A stretch of DNA of 63,269 nucleotides, counting the filler, from Octopus bimaculoides (Eukaryota): assembly GCF_001194135.2 (NCBI RefSeq). It is 5 parts of 5 records of this genome, joined end to end, with 100 filler letters (N's around TTAATTAATTAA, not from the genome) between each part and the next. Parts side by side here need not be neighbours in the genome. Positions count along the whole stretch, not along the records: positions 28,540 to 49,829 come from NC_068983.1; positions 49,930 to 56,178 come from NC_068981.1; 3 more parts are not named here. The stretch is one strand, 5' to 3'. Of the stretch, positions 37,811-50,208 are shown piece after piece. The position numbers and the translations under genes are program-made. Numbering within the stretch: the stretch's first letter is position 1; each line of letters opens with the position of its first letter. Under the pieces are notes generated by a model. That model saw nothing but the letters and a program-made list of their open reading frames with translations, was not told where the DNA came from and did not search any database.

Positions 37811-39474
37811 ATAGCAGCAGCACCCTGCTAGGTATGAGCACAACACTCCAATGTGGGCCTTACTTGAGCCTTGGGATTACTAAAGTCATACCATTAATCA
37901 ATGCATATGAATAGATAATTGAAGAACAGAAAATATGTAATTTTTAGCTGGAAAAAATTTAGCTTGGTAGTTCATGGATCATGACACATGACATGAAAGG
38001 CAAAATCACCTCAGCAGGATTTGAACACAAAGCATAAAGCATTTTGTCTGATGTGCTTACAATACTGTAAGGTGGTCACAAATAATAATTGTTTCTGAGA
38101 TAGACACAATCCTATGGATTTAAGGAGAGGGGTTAGTTGATTAAACTGACCCCAATTACCAGACTGGTATTTATTATATCATGCCTAAAAAGGTGAAAAT
38201 CAAAGTTGACCATAGTGGGATTTGAACTCAGAGTGTAAAACTCCTAAACACATACCACAAATCATTTAATCTGATGCTGTAATGATTCTGCCAATCCACT
38301 GATATAATTAATTAGTGATAATAAAACTTGTATTTATTACATAAAATTAATGATTTTGAAAACAAGTAGATTTAAAACCCAAGGATAAAGGACTCTATTC
38401 AACTCCCATTGCAGTCTCTAAGCATAAGAGTGTGTTGATGGATCAAATATCAAACCATGAATCAAATCTATTGTAAAGTATACAATAAAAATATCAAGTT
38501 TCATTATTTATTTCTATATTTTGTTTGCCTTTCCATTTGATATACATGAGGGCTTTTGTAGCTTTCACATTTCTGTAGCAAATCCAACAACAATAAAAAT
38601 ACCAAAGAACAACAGAAAAAACAATAGTATTGCATTATAATAAATGATCAAATTTTCCACAATAATTATTCACTTTACAAATATTATTTACAAATTTAAT
38701 TAGATTTTAAAATTAGAAATATCAGAGTGTGGCCTTTCAATTTTGACAACCATACACACATTTATTAGAATAAATAAATAAATAATTTTGAGCTTCAAAG
38801 ATTAGAGTTAACTGCGAGAGAGAAAACGAATCTCTCTTCTTTGTTCTCTTTTCTTCTTGTTTTTTATTCTTTTTGTAATGAGAAATTTTATACATTCTTG
38901 CTTGTAAAATATTTTAATTATTTGAGATGATAATTAAGACACAATTTTAACAATGTTAAAAAAAAAATATTATTCAATTTTCATATGAACTCAAAGATAC
39001 AACAGCTGCTTTTCAAAGGAAAAAAAAATATTTCCTATTTTTCTTTCTATATCCTTTGGAAAACAATGCTGACACTTCAAAATGATATGTTCCTATTGAA
39101 CAGTAAGGTCAATATTTTCAGATAATTCATCTTTATAAAATGTAGAAGATATGGTGTTTTATCACATTGCAATTTAGAGAACCCAGAGAAATATCTCAGA
39201 TACAGAGTGCTTGATTTTATAGAATTTAAAAACAAAAATTAAATTCAATGATTAAAAGTATAATATCCTAAATATGAAATCAGTATAATGGACTCCATGA
39301 GAAAGCCACACATTGTTGTTTGACTTGCTAGAAAAAGCAGCCAAAATCTCCATCATACCAAGAAGAAATATAGGTTAATGTAGTCTGAGGTAAACAATCG
39401 TCAAACTAGTTGAGATATTTAAAGCTTGGAAGACTTTGGTTAGATTTGATCTTAGAGCTATACAACAGTGGCGT

Positions 39475-39861
39475 GAAGGCGCAATGGTCCAGTGGTTAGG
39501 GCAGTGAACTCGTGGTCATAAGATCACGCTTTCGATTCCCAGACCAGGCGTTGTGAGTGCTTATTGAGCAAAAACACCTAAAGCTCCATGAAGCTCCAGC
39601 AGGGGGTGGTAGCAAACCCTGCTGTACTCTTTCACCACAACTTTCTCTCACGCTTTCTTCCTGTTTCTGTTCTACCTGTATTTCAAAGGGCCAAGCTTGT
39701 CACACTGTGTCATGCTGAATCTCCCAGAGACCTACGTTAAGGGTACACGTGTCTGTGGAGTGCTCAGCCATTTGAACGTTAATTTCACGAGCAGGCTGTT
39801 CCGTTGATTGAATCAGCTGGGACCCGCGATGTCACAACCAATGGAGTGCCAACAGCAACAA
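39475..39861 (+). mobile_element. full-length OR-like (tRNA-Arg-related) SINE
   Basis: tRNA-like head ggcgcaatggtccagtggttagggcagtgaactcgtggtc...ttcgattccc with TCG at the anticodon-like position. Body matches the two minus-strand copies. Ends ccaacagcaacaa. Confidence 0.88.
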
Positions 39862-40329
39862 TGGCAGAAATTATATTGAATTACTTTTGGATGTTTAAAT
39901 TTATAATTTGTCGAGCTTTTGTAGTATAAAAATTATTGCCAGTGTTTCCTTAAAAGTACCTATTGCATTATGTTAGCAAAGGAAAATGTAATTGAAAGAC
40001 ATTTTAATTTATATAACAAAATGTACCCAGTATATGCTGTAAATTTGTTGGCTTTAGGAAGAGTGTCCTGCCGTAGAAACCATGCCAAAGCTGATATTGG
40101 TGCTAAACACAACCCTGCAGCTTGCTAAATACTCTCAAACTGGCCAAACCATGCCAACATGGAAAAGAGATGTGAAATGAAGATAAAATTGTTTAGCTAC
40201 TGGTTGATCCTAATTAAGAAGGCTTATCATAAAAGAGAATCTTTCTGTGTTAATTTCAACTTTAGTTTAAACATTATGTATCCCAGGCAATATTATCTAA
40301 CATGACCTTTCTTTTTTTACAATGATAGA

Positions 40330-40900
40330 CAAATTTGGCTGACATTTCTAGAAGTTTCATTGACCTCATAGAGGTTTCTTTCTATGTTTTTATATAACAT
40401 TGTGTTTAGGGTGATTTGAGGAAGAAAATGGTTTAGGACGATTGAGTAGTTTTCATGGAAATGGACAGAGAGGTGGAGGAAAGATTCTGGAAAAAATGGG
40501 TGTCTGATTCTTTGCATCCCCTTGAAGGCCAATGACAGTAATGCTGTAATGTTTAATTTAAAACAGCTGTGAGTCAATGGTTGCAAGAAAAACATGTACC
40601 AGCAGGGAATTCCACAGGACTTATGTTCAAAGAAGAAAGGTTTACATGTAACTTAATAATGCAAAGACTACATGACATAATATCAATAATAACAAGGTTG
40701 AAGAGATTAGTTAGTTTGAAAATAAGAAGTGATTAAGTGGATGTAGCAGGAAAGTAGCCATCCCTGAGGATCAGAGTTCACTGTAGCGGGAATAGAAACA
40801 GTAGAGAGAGGAGATGACACATCTATGGATAGATGACTTGAAAGCAAGAGAGAGTGGGAGAGATTAAGAAGTAGAAAGATAGATGGACAGAAATGTAGAT
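40330..40900 (-). mobile_element. old CR1/L2-group LINE 3' remnants
   Basis: SLYCFYSRYSEL*SSGMA and HPFFPESFLHL...NHFLPQITLNT loosely match the same C-terminal motifs as 27900-28439. Confidence 0.4.
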
Positions 40901-41214
40901 AAATGGAAAATTAAGGATTACTTGAGTGACAGAAATATCATGAAAGATTTTTGAAAATACTGGGTATTTTGCAATGCATTTATATGAAGGCCATTATTTT
41001 CAGGGATGTGGCCAATTTAAACATCATCATTATGTGACCAGCATTTATTTCATTGATCTTTGAGGGGTTGAAAGGCAGAGTGAGCCTCAATGGATATGAA
41101 CATAGAATATAAATGGATGTAATGTAAACTTAATATCTGGAGCTCTGCCATCCTGGTTCCCAAATCATGCCAGTATATAATACTGCATTGAACTAAAAAC
41201 AAAGTACACAATAT

Positions 41215-41625
41215 AGGCGCAGGAGTGGCTGTGTGGTAAGTAGCTTGCTTACCAACCACACGATTCCGGGTTCATTCCCACTGCGTGGCACCTTGGGCAA
41301 GTGTCTTCTACTATAGCCTCGAGCCGACCAAAGCCTTGTGAGTAGATTTGGTAGACAGAAACTGAAAGAAGCCTGTCGTATATATGTATATATATATGTG
41401 TGTGTGTGTATGTTTGTGTGTCTGTGTTTGTCCCCACAACATCGCTTGACAACTGATGCTGGTGTGTTTATGTCCCCCGTAACTTTACGGTTCTGCAAAA
41501 GAGACTGATAGAAGAAGTACTAGGCTTCCAAAGAATAAGTCCTAGAGTCGATTTTCTCGACTAAAGGCAGTGCTCCAGCATGGCCACAGTCAAATGACTG
41601 AAACGAGTAAAAGAAAGAAAAAAAG
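41215..41625 (+). mobile_element. full-length SINE family A (tRNA head plus ACCTTGGGCAAGT CORE-like segment)
   Basis: aggcgcaggagtggctgtgtggtaag...ccgggttcattccc...ggcaccttgggcaagtgtcttctactatagcc...ccagcatggccacagtcaaatgactgaaacgagtaaaaga. Confidence 0.9.
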
Positions 41626-42377
41626 AAATTCTGCTGAGGAACGCAATGAAATGTTCGTAGCAAATTTGAACTTATGATTCCTGAAGAAGTATTTCAATGT
41701 ATAATCTAATATAAAATCAAATCTCATCCCTACTGTATATAATTAACTTGAAAACGTTTTTAAAGAAATATTAAATGCAAATGATTGGCAGCTAATTACA
41801 CACAAATATCACATCCTTCAATTGTGTCTGGTAAAAGAATCTCCTATCTCAGCTGAATACCCAAGAGCTTCATCTATCTGCTTGCCTGGTTATAAAAGTT
41901 CACCTTCACATTGAACAGGTATTGTTGTTGTTTGTATTGATGTCCATCCTCTCAACTGTTAGATTCAGTTAGAATCACATCCTTTTTTTTTTTTTTGAAG
42001 TATATGAACAACTTAATGCTAATTTTGTCCCTTGGATTTCTGTTATTGCATATCCCTTCAGCACAAAAACATCCAACATATTTGTCTCCTTCCTTTTGTC
42101 ACACCTGTTACAGCAAATTTTCAAATGACTTCCATCCTTTCAGGGACAATAAAATCAAGTGCCAGTCCAAGTTGTTCGATTGGAAGGATTCTAAAAGAAC
42201 TGGATATTCTTTACAGAATTTCTTCTGGTTGCTTACCTTCTGAATGCTCAGGTAGTTGTGCATAAATTGTCAGTGTGTAGCTGACAAAATGTTTCTAACA
42301 AATACCTGAATAAAAGTAAAGGAATCTCATTTCATTAAAATGGTATAACAGTTCTCATCAAAGTTGTCACTTGGGTT

Positions 42378-42598
42378 TAACTCTTTTACTTGTTTCAGTC
42401 ATTTGACTGTGGCCATGCTGTAGCACCACCTTTAGCTGAGCAAATTGACTCCAGGACTTATTCTTTGTAAGCCTAGTACTTATTCTATCGGTTTCTTTTT
42501 GCCGAACTGCTAAGTTACGGGCATGATGTATATATACATATATATGATGGGCTTCTTTCAGTTTCTGTCTACCAAATCCACTCACAAGGCTTTGGTTG
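42378..42598 (-). mobile_element. SINE family A, partial
   Basis: Reverse complement of parts of 41330-41615. Confidence 0.85.
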
Positions 42599-42599
42599 T

Positions 42600-43167
42600 G
42601 CAACTGGCTCCCATTTTCGTGGCACGTAAAATGCACCATCTGAATGTGGCTGATACCACTGCCCCCTGACTGGCTCCTGTGCCAGTGGCACAAAAAAAGC
42701 ACCATCTGAATGTGATTAATGCCAGGTCCACATGCCGGTGGCACATAAAATTCATCATCTAGACATGGCCGATGCCGGTGCCACCTAACTGGCTCCCATT
42801 CTACTGGCATGTAAAATGCACCATCCAAACGTGGCCAATGCCAGGGCCGCCTGACTGGCTCCCATGCCAGTGGCACAAAAAAAGCATCATCAGAACATGA
42901 TTAATGCCAGTGACCCGTGACTGGCTCCCATGCCAGTGACATGTAAAAAGCACTATCCAAATGTGATCGATGCCAGGCCTGCCTCACTGGCTCCTTTTGC
43001 CGGTAGCATGTAAAAAGCACCCACTACACTCTCAGAGTGGTTGGCGTTAGGAAGGGCATCCAGCTGTAGAAACATTGCCAGATCAGATTGAAGGCTCTCC
43101 AGACCTCAGTCGAACCATCCAACCCATGCCAGCATAGAAAACAATGATGATAATGATGATGATGATA

Positions 43168-43211
<44 letters not shown>
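42600..43211 (+). mobile_element. SINE family C 3' region with about 7 internal ~66-bp units and (GAT)n tail
   Basis: actggctcc...gtggca...aaaa.gca.c repeated, then ggttggcgttaggaagggcatccagctgtagaaac and (GAT)n. Confidence 0.88.
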
Positions 43212-43213
<2 letters not shown>

Positions 43214-44779
43214 CTGCCAAGAGAGCAATGGAGAAGATTGTATTGCAGAGCATACATTGTGATAACATCCATCAAATGCCAATGAAATATATTGACATTA
43301 CTCAGCAACAGACACAGTGATTATGTTGTTAGTTGTGAAAAGATTACCTCTAAATAACTCTACAATTTTCAATATCTTATATTTAATAGCAATAACAGCA
43401 ACTAGATGTTTGGTTATTAACAATTTGTTCTAAGGTTTGTAAAAATATTGTGAGAGTTGGCAGAGAAATCTCAAGCAGAAATCATTGATATTCCATAAAA
43501 TGAAAGACTATGCTTAAAAAAGACAATTTCATGAAAACAACACATCAATGAAGGATGTACAGATGCAGGTGGAAAGTCAAATATTACAGATTTATATCGT
43601 TGAGATGATGTATAATGACTGAGCACAATTTTGTGTTTCTGATTTGTCATCATATATAGATACTTATTAATTATTTTCTGTTTTGTTTTCATGCAAATAT
43701 TCTTATTTTTTGTGTTGCGTTCTTGTATGCTTTTATTTATTTATTTATTTATTTATTTATTGTGCTTCTTCTTTATCTCAGAGTACCAATTAATATGCTC
43801 CGCAAGCATCTTTAGAATCCTTATGCTTGCTATGTTTATTAGGTTCAGTAAACATTGCAGGCTTTACGAGAAAGAACCAAAGAAAGAATAAGTATATTAT
43901 ACAAGAATACAGTCAGGAATAACCAAAAATCTATTGATTTATTCTATTTTGTCACACATGGTTTATGAACCTTTATTGATAAATAAGTTACTATTCCCAC
44001 TTACAAGTCTCATCCTAAAAATAAACTTCCGATAAAGTTGGAAGTCAAATGAAAATCTCATTGAACAGGAAGAAATATCTTATCACAAGTAGTTTTCTTG
44101 TCTCTAAGAAATCATAAAACAAAGACTTTCTTCCAATCTAAGAGAAACTACAATATTTATATACACTGAATCTTTCGGTTAAGACTTTTAACCAAATGTA
44201 ATTTGTTCTCAGAATAGCATAAAATATAGATCCCAAGGTACGATTTGAAAATATTTTTAACTTTCTCTTGGATGCAAATAATTATATTAGCACCAAGTAT
44301 AAACAAGAGAAGCTAAGATAGAATAAATCTGTTGGGAATCAATTTGTCTTGTCTTTTCTTTTTTTTTTTTGCTTATTTATCTTTTTAAACAGTGAATTTA
44401 ACGAACAGCACATTGTGAGGAGAAGAAAGATTCTTTATTGCAGTTTTCCCCAGAAAACGTGTACATCAATATTTTGTTTTTCTATTTAACATCAATTTGG
44501 AATGCTACCATGGGTTTGATGTGTCTGCAATACAATACCGCTTTATGCATTTCTGTCTTAGCTCTCAGATCTGTCTTGCCTATATCCTCTCAGGTTTCCA
44601 TAACACTAAACAAAAGAACTAAGAGCTCTGTTTCTATGAATGCTTTGATTTTTATACAATGTATGAATTACTATATTCTCAGCTGGAGCTTCATATCGAT
44701 TTTGTTATTCATTTCCTTCAGAGAATTTTATTCTACAGGGAAGGCAGACAACTTCGCTCATTTTTAGTTTCTCTATAAG

Positions 44780-45200
44780 TACTAGGGTTGTTGTAGTCGA
44801 CTATCCTCCCTTACCCCAAATTTCAGGCCTTGTGCTTATAATAGAAAGGATTATTACCTTGGGCCATTAATTGGAAGAACCGTTACCATGCCAAGCAAAG
44901 TGCTTAGTGGCATCTTGTCCATCAGTTAAAATTGTTGGCCTTTTATCCTTTGAGGGTCAACAGAATAAGTACCAGTTATGCACTGGGGTTGATGTAATCG
45001 ACTAGCCCCCTTTCCAAAAAAATTCAGGCCTTCTGCCTATTATAGAAAGGATTATTGCAATTGTCTCTGATCTTTTGCTTTTCTCATGTCATCTCCATTC
45101 AGAGACTCCTGCCTCACTCATCTCCTTCATCATTTATATTGTGTACACATATGAGGCCTACATTAACCACTGCCCTCAATACTTTTTCACCAAAACACTC
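44780..45200 (+). repeat. local duplicate, copy 1 (SINE B pieces plus unique flank)
   Basis: Matches 46185-46612, including the non-SINE flank ccattcagagactcctgcct...catatgaggcctacattaaccactgccctcaatactttttca. Confidence 0.85.
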
Positions 45201-45324
45201 ATTTCCAAGTTAAATTACACACTATGACACCATCGGTATCTTCTATATTACCTCAGATTTGTCTGTACCTTAACAGTGTTATCTGGTAAAACGAAATAGT
45301 GGGGAGTGAACAGCATATGCATAC

Positions 45325-45540
45325 ATCATCCTCATCGTTTAACATCTGCTTTCCATGCTAGCATGGATTGGACGATTTGACTGAGGACTGGTAAACTAGA
45401 TGGCTGCACCAGGCTCCAGTCTGATCTGGCAGAGTTTCTACAGCCGGATGCCCTTCCTAACGCCAACCACTCCGAGAGTGTAGTGGGTGCTTTTACGTGC
45501 CACAGGTATGAGGGCCAGTCACACGGTACTGGCAACGGCC
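45325..45540 (-). mobile_element. SINE family C 3' end
   Basis: catcatcctcatcgtttaacatctgctttccatgctagcatgg...ggatgcccttcctaacgccaaccac. Confidence 0.88.
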
Positions 45541-46064
45541 AATCTCAAAATGGTATACATGATATATGAAATCACATGAATTGGCTAAAACATAATGCTG
45601 ATAATCTTCAATCGGTCAAAGAAAGTTGAATCACTCAGAAGTGTTGCATCAAAAGATGGTTTAAATTCATGTTGAACTTGCAAAACTATAAACAAATATA
45701 AAATTTTAATTAAAGTTTATTTTTATATTTTTTCTGCTTTTCAAGGAAAACATGTTATGTTTTCACAATACTTTACTAATTTCTATAATTATTCAACATC
45801 AATTCTTTTTCTAATCAATAAATTTTTCCACTACTTATTTATAGGCCTTGGGTGCGTAAAATTTTTTTCTAGTTTGCCATGAAGAGCAGCAAAGAGAAAC
45901 AAAACAAAACAAAAACATGCTATTGCCTCTTTTCAACAACTTAAATATGTAGAAACAAGATTCTCGCAACTTGTAACATAAATGCATTTACTGCTCCATA
46001 CATTAGTCAAATATTAACATCTTTTTCAGCCATTATTACCTCTGGCCAAGGCAGCAAGCTGGCA

Positions 46065-46612
46065 GAATTGTTAGCATATTGGATGAAATGCTTAGTACTA
46101 TTATTACACCTGTCACTGCGTTCTGAGTGCACATTCTGCCGAGGTCGACTTTGCCTTTTATCCCTTCGGGGTCAATGAATTAAGTACTAGGGGGTTGTAA
46201 TCAACTATCCCCCTTACCCCAAATTTCAGGCCTTGTGCTTATAATAGAAATGATTATTACCTCAGGTCATTAATTAGAAGAATCGTTAGCATGCTAGGCA
46301 AAGTGCTTAGTGGCATTTTGTCCATCATTATGTTCTGAGTTCAAATTCTTGGCCTTTTATCCTTTCACGGTCAACAGAATAAGTACCAGTTATACACTGG
46401 GGTTGATGTAATCGACTAGCTTCCTTTCCCAGAAATTTCAGGCCTTGCGCCTATAATGGAAAGGATTATTACAATTGTCTCTGATCCTTTGCTATTCTCA
46501 TGTCACCTCCATTCAGAGACTCCTGCCTTATTCATCTCTCTCATCATTTATATTGTGTCCACATATGAGGCCTACATTAACCACTGCCCTCAATACTTTT
46601 TCATCAAAACAC
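46065..46612 (+). repeat. SINE B doublet plus flank, containing copy 2 of the local duplicate
   Basis: See 44780-45200. Confidence 0.85.
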
Positions 46613-46734
46613 TGGTTCTCTGAAAATGCCAACCTTCATGTAACTGTCACCTTGCAAGTTTTCATCTTTTGGCCTCCGGATATATTTTGATAATGAAGTA
46701 GTAAAGCATCTTTCTCCTTAAATATATTTTTGTT

Positions 46735-47174
46735 CTTTTATTATTTTACTTGTTTTACTCATTTGACTACAGTCATGCTGGAGCACTGCCTTTAGTCGAA
46801 CAAATCAACCCAAGAACTTATTCTTTCTAAGCCTTGTACTTATCCCATATGTCAAACTGCTAATGTTATGTGGACATAAACACATCAACATTGGTTATCA
46901 AGCAATGGTGGGGGAACTAAAGCAGCAAGCTGGTAGAAGCGTTAGCACACTGGGCGAAATGCTTAGCAGTATTTCGTCTGTCTTTATGTTCTGAGTTCAA
47001 ATTCTGCTGAGGTCGACTTTACCTTTCATTCTTTCGGGGTCGATAAATTAAGTACCAGTTGCGTACTGAGGTTGATCTAATCGACTGGCTCCCTTACCCC
47101 AAAATTTCAGGTTTGTGCCTAGAGTAGAAAAGAATGGTGGGGGAACAAATACAGACACACAAACATATCCATAT

Positions 47175-47208
<34 letters not shown>

Positions 47209-47345
47209 GTATATGACGAGCTTCTTTCAGTTTCCGTCTACCAAATCCACTCACAAGGAATTAGTCGGCCTGAAGCTATAGTAGAAGACACTTGCCCAAG
47301 GTGCCACACAGTGGGATTGAACTCAGAACCATGTGGTTGAGAAGC
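46735..47345 (-). mobile_element. SINE family A interrupted by a SINE B insertion
   Basis: Family A tail at 46735-46917 and head/core at 47133-47345, both reverse-complemented. Confidence 0.85.
46918..47132 (+). mobile_element. SINE family B nested in SINE A with a 14-bp target-site duplication (TSD)
   Basis: aatggtgggggaac is identical at 46904-46917 and 47133-47146. Confidence 0.88.
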
Positions 47346-48597
47346 AAGCTTCTTGCCACACAGCCACACCTGTCCCTACACATATGATGAATGAATATGT
47401 TTTTAAAAAGAATTTTCATTGAGTCAAAATTAATTCTGTGTTTCACATTCAACCTGCTAAAGAAATACTATAGCTTAGAAAATAAATGATTTAGAAAGAC
47501 ACTATATGGAAGCAGCTGATGTTAGCATCATGATTACATAGAGGGGAAGAATTTTTATGCAGTCCTATTTGAAATATAGATAAACAAACTCAACCACAAG
47601 AAAAATAGGTGTAAATTCTATAATTTTTTTGCATTAAATAGGTCCTTCTTCCATACACACAAACACAGATGTGCACACGTGCACACACACACACAAGCAC
47701 ACCACACACATGCATGCATGCATGTACACACACACATACACATGCAAACAGATATCTACTGAATTTGAAAAAGACAATCTATTATTGATAACTCTTTGAC
47801 ATCTGTACATTCCAAACGATTCTTCATTCTCTATTGTAAGTAAGTCCTTCATTGTCTATGCTCTTTTAAAGGTATATAAATAGAGGTAGTCTGCCATGGT
47901 AGGAGTATTGAGTAGCAGTTCTATAGCGGTTGAGTAGAGATCATCCAAAGGTGCTAGATAGCAGTAGCGTTGAGATATAACAAAAGGTATGGGAAAGAGA
48001 GAATGAAAGATAGCAAGAAAAAACTGGCAATGCAAGGAAAAAAAAAGAAGATAGCAAGAAAAAGAAACAGTGTTAGAAAAGAGAGACATGATACGAGACA
48101 GAGAGAGAAAGAAACAGCAGTGAGTAGTGAATGTGTTGTCCAGTTCTCCAGGTGGATTAATGACAGACTTGGTGCTAATTAGCCAAGTTGTGGGCAAAGA
48201 TATCTGTATAAATGTGGCCGAGGAACCATCCTTGGATTTGCTAAATACATATAGGTGTGTTGTGTGCATGAGAGACAATTAAGAATATCATGCTAAAGAG
48301 AGGCACCCACCTATACACTCACAAAAGCACTTTTGAATATAACACTCTGAGACTAAATTTAAAGTGGCAGCTTTGGTTCCTGACTATTTTGATTTGTTAA
48401 ACTTCATAAAAAGTTCTCCTTTTTTCTACTTGTGATTATTTACTTCATATATATNNNNNNNNNNNNNNNNNNNNNNNNNNNNNNNNNNNNNNNNNNNNNN
48501 NNNNNNNNNNNNNNNNNNNNNNNNNNNNNNNNNNNNNNNNNNNNNNNNNNNNNNNNNNNNNNNNNNNNNNNNNNNNNNNNNNNNNNNNNNNNNNNNN

Positions 48598-48635
<38 letters not shown>

Positions 48636-49657
48636 CATACCACTTCAGACGCAGATCTGTAATTATTACAGCTAATTGTCTTCATTTAAAATGAAATGTC
48701 TAGTGATGGAATTGCACAGGAGGCAAATTTACTAAGGAATAAATCGAAGAATTTAATTGAAAGTACTGGCCATTAAAAGATTACTGAAATTATGTTTAGT
48801 GCTTCAATTATATTTTAAGTTTGTTCTGACTTCATCATTAATGTTTAAAATATAACATTAGCCTAGTTACAAAGTATAGAAGATAATACATTACATTAGA
48901 TAGTGAAGATCTAATCTAATTAGGAAACTACAGTTAATTTCATGGATTCAATAATATTTAACTAGTATTCTTGATTCAAGACCCATTTCTTATATGTGGT
49001 TGTATCTGAAATTCGTGGTTAATTAAATGAATTTAGCAGTTAATAGTTAAATACTAAAGAGGATGCTAAGATTTTTGTAATGTTGTATGGCAGATCAATC
49101 AGTTTATTTATGTTCAGTGCATAACTATGTCTTTCCTGATGTGAAAAGGAAAGTTAGCATGTGTACGTATGCCTATTTATTTATTTATTTATGTGTTTCA
49201 GCCAAGTGGCTGCGGTCATGCCTATGTGTATGTGTAGTATTTTTCTGTTCTACACTAGTCCGAAACAAGGCTGTTATTATCTGTATATCTAAGAATACGA
49301 CAGCTAGTGATGATCAGAGATGAAACAGATGGAGATGTACTATAGATGTAAATATAAAAAATGCCAGCATTAAAGTACATTAAATATATAAATAATTATA
49401 GGTTATAATCATACACATATATAACCATATATAAATAAATAAATATATCTATATATATATATATATTTTTTTTTTTTGATTCTTATTCATCTCTGTTTTC
49501 AATACCATAAGTCATCTAAATTAAAGCTTCAAACAGCAATAATGTTAATGTTGGCAGAAAAGCTGTTTGGCAATTAGAAACTTGAGGGCATAGTTAACAA
49601 ATTTATTTTGGAACATTTCTATAGAAAGCTGTCTACTTCCATAACACATGCACACAT

Positions 49658-49690
<33 letters not shown>

Positions 49691-49777
49691 TACACATGTG
49701 AATGTGCATATATAAGCACATACACATACACACATTTATCAATGTTTATATCTCTCTTTAATAAATACATGCATATA

Positions 49778-49829
<52 letters not shown>

Positions 49830-49929
49830 NNNNNNNNNNNNNNNNNNNNNNNNNNNNNNNNNNNNNNNNNNNNTTAATTAATTAANNNNNNNNNNNNNNN
49901 NNNNNNNNNNNNNNNNNNNNNNNNNNNNN
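49830..49929. other. artificial assembly spacer 44N-TTAATTAATTAA-44N
   Basis: Direct. Confidence 0.95.
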
Positions 49930-50155
49930 ATAATAAAAAAATATTCAGACAAATACATAACAAAAATAGCAGGACTTACAAATATATATAACATACGGAA
50001 AATTGCACTACTGGGTACTGCACACATTCTACGCAAAACACTTTCAATACAGTAAACATAAGAGCACCACAGCAAACCACAGCACATACCCAAGGCGCAC
50101 AGAGTTGCGCTCGGTAGTGAAGTGAAAGCACGTTATAAAAATAAAACTACTGAAC
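49930..50155 (+). mobile_element. R4/Dong-like non-LTR retrotransposon, 3' end (ORF C-terminus plus 3' UTR)
   Basis: IIKKYSDKYITKIAGLTNIYNIRKIALLGTAHILRKTLSIQ* (49930-50055) matches the QKAVLLGTARILRKVL C-terminus typical of the R4/Dong/Rex6 clade. A 100-nt UTR follows, then (AAT)n. Confidence 0.8.

Positions 50156-50208
<53 letters not shown>
50156..50208. repeat. (AAT)n microsatellite between two Dong-like ends
   Basis: Direct, 53 nt. Confidence 0.95.

Noticed and set aside
39475-39550. Functional tRNA-Arg gene (and other tRNA-like heads at 6770, 13805, 29399, 41215)
   Set aside because: Cloverleaf stems are broken and each head continues into a SINE body.
44393-44767. Exon or 109-aa hydrophobic ORF after a strong polypyrimidine acceptor
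   Set aside because: T-rich composition keeps several frames open, there is no recognisable domain and no convincing donor.
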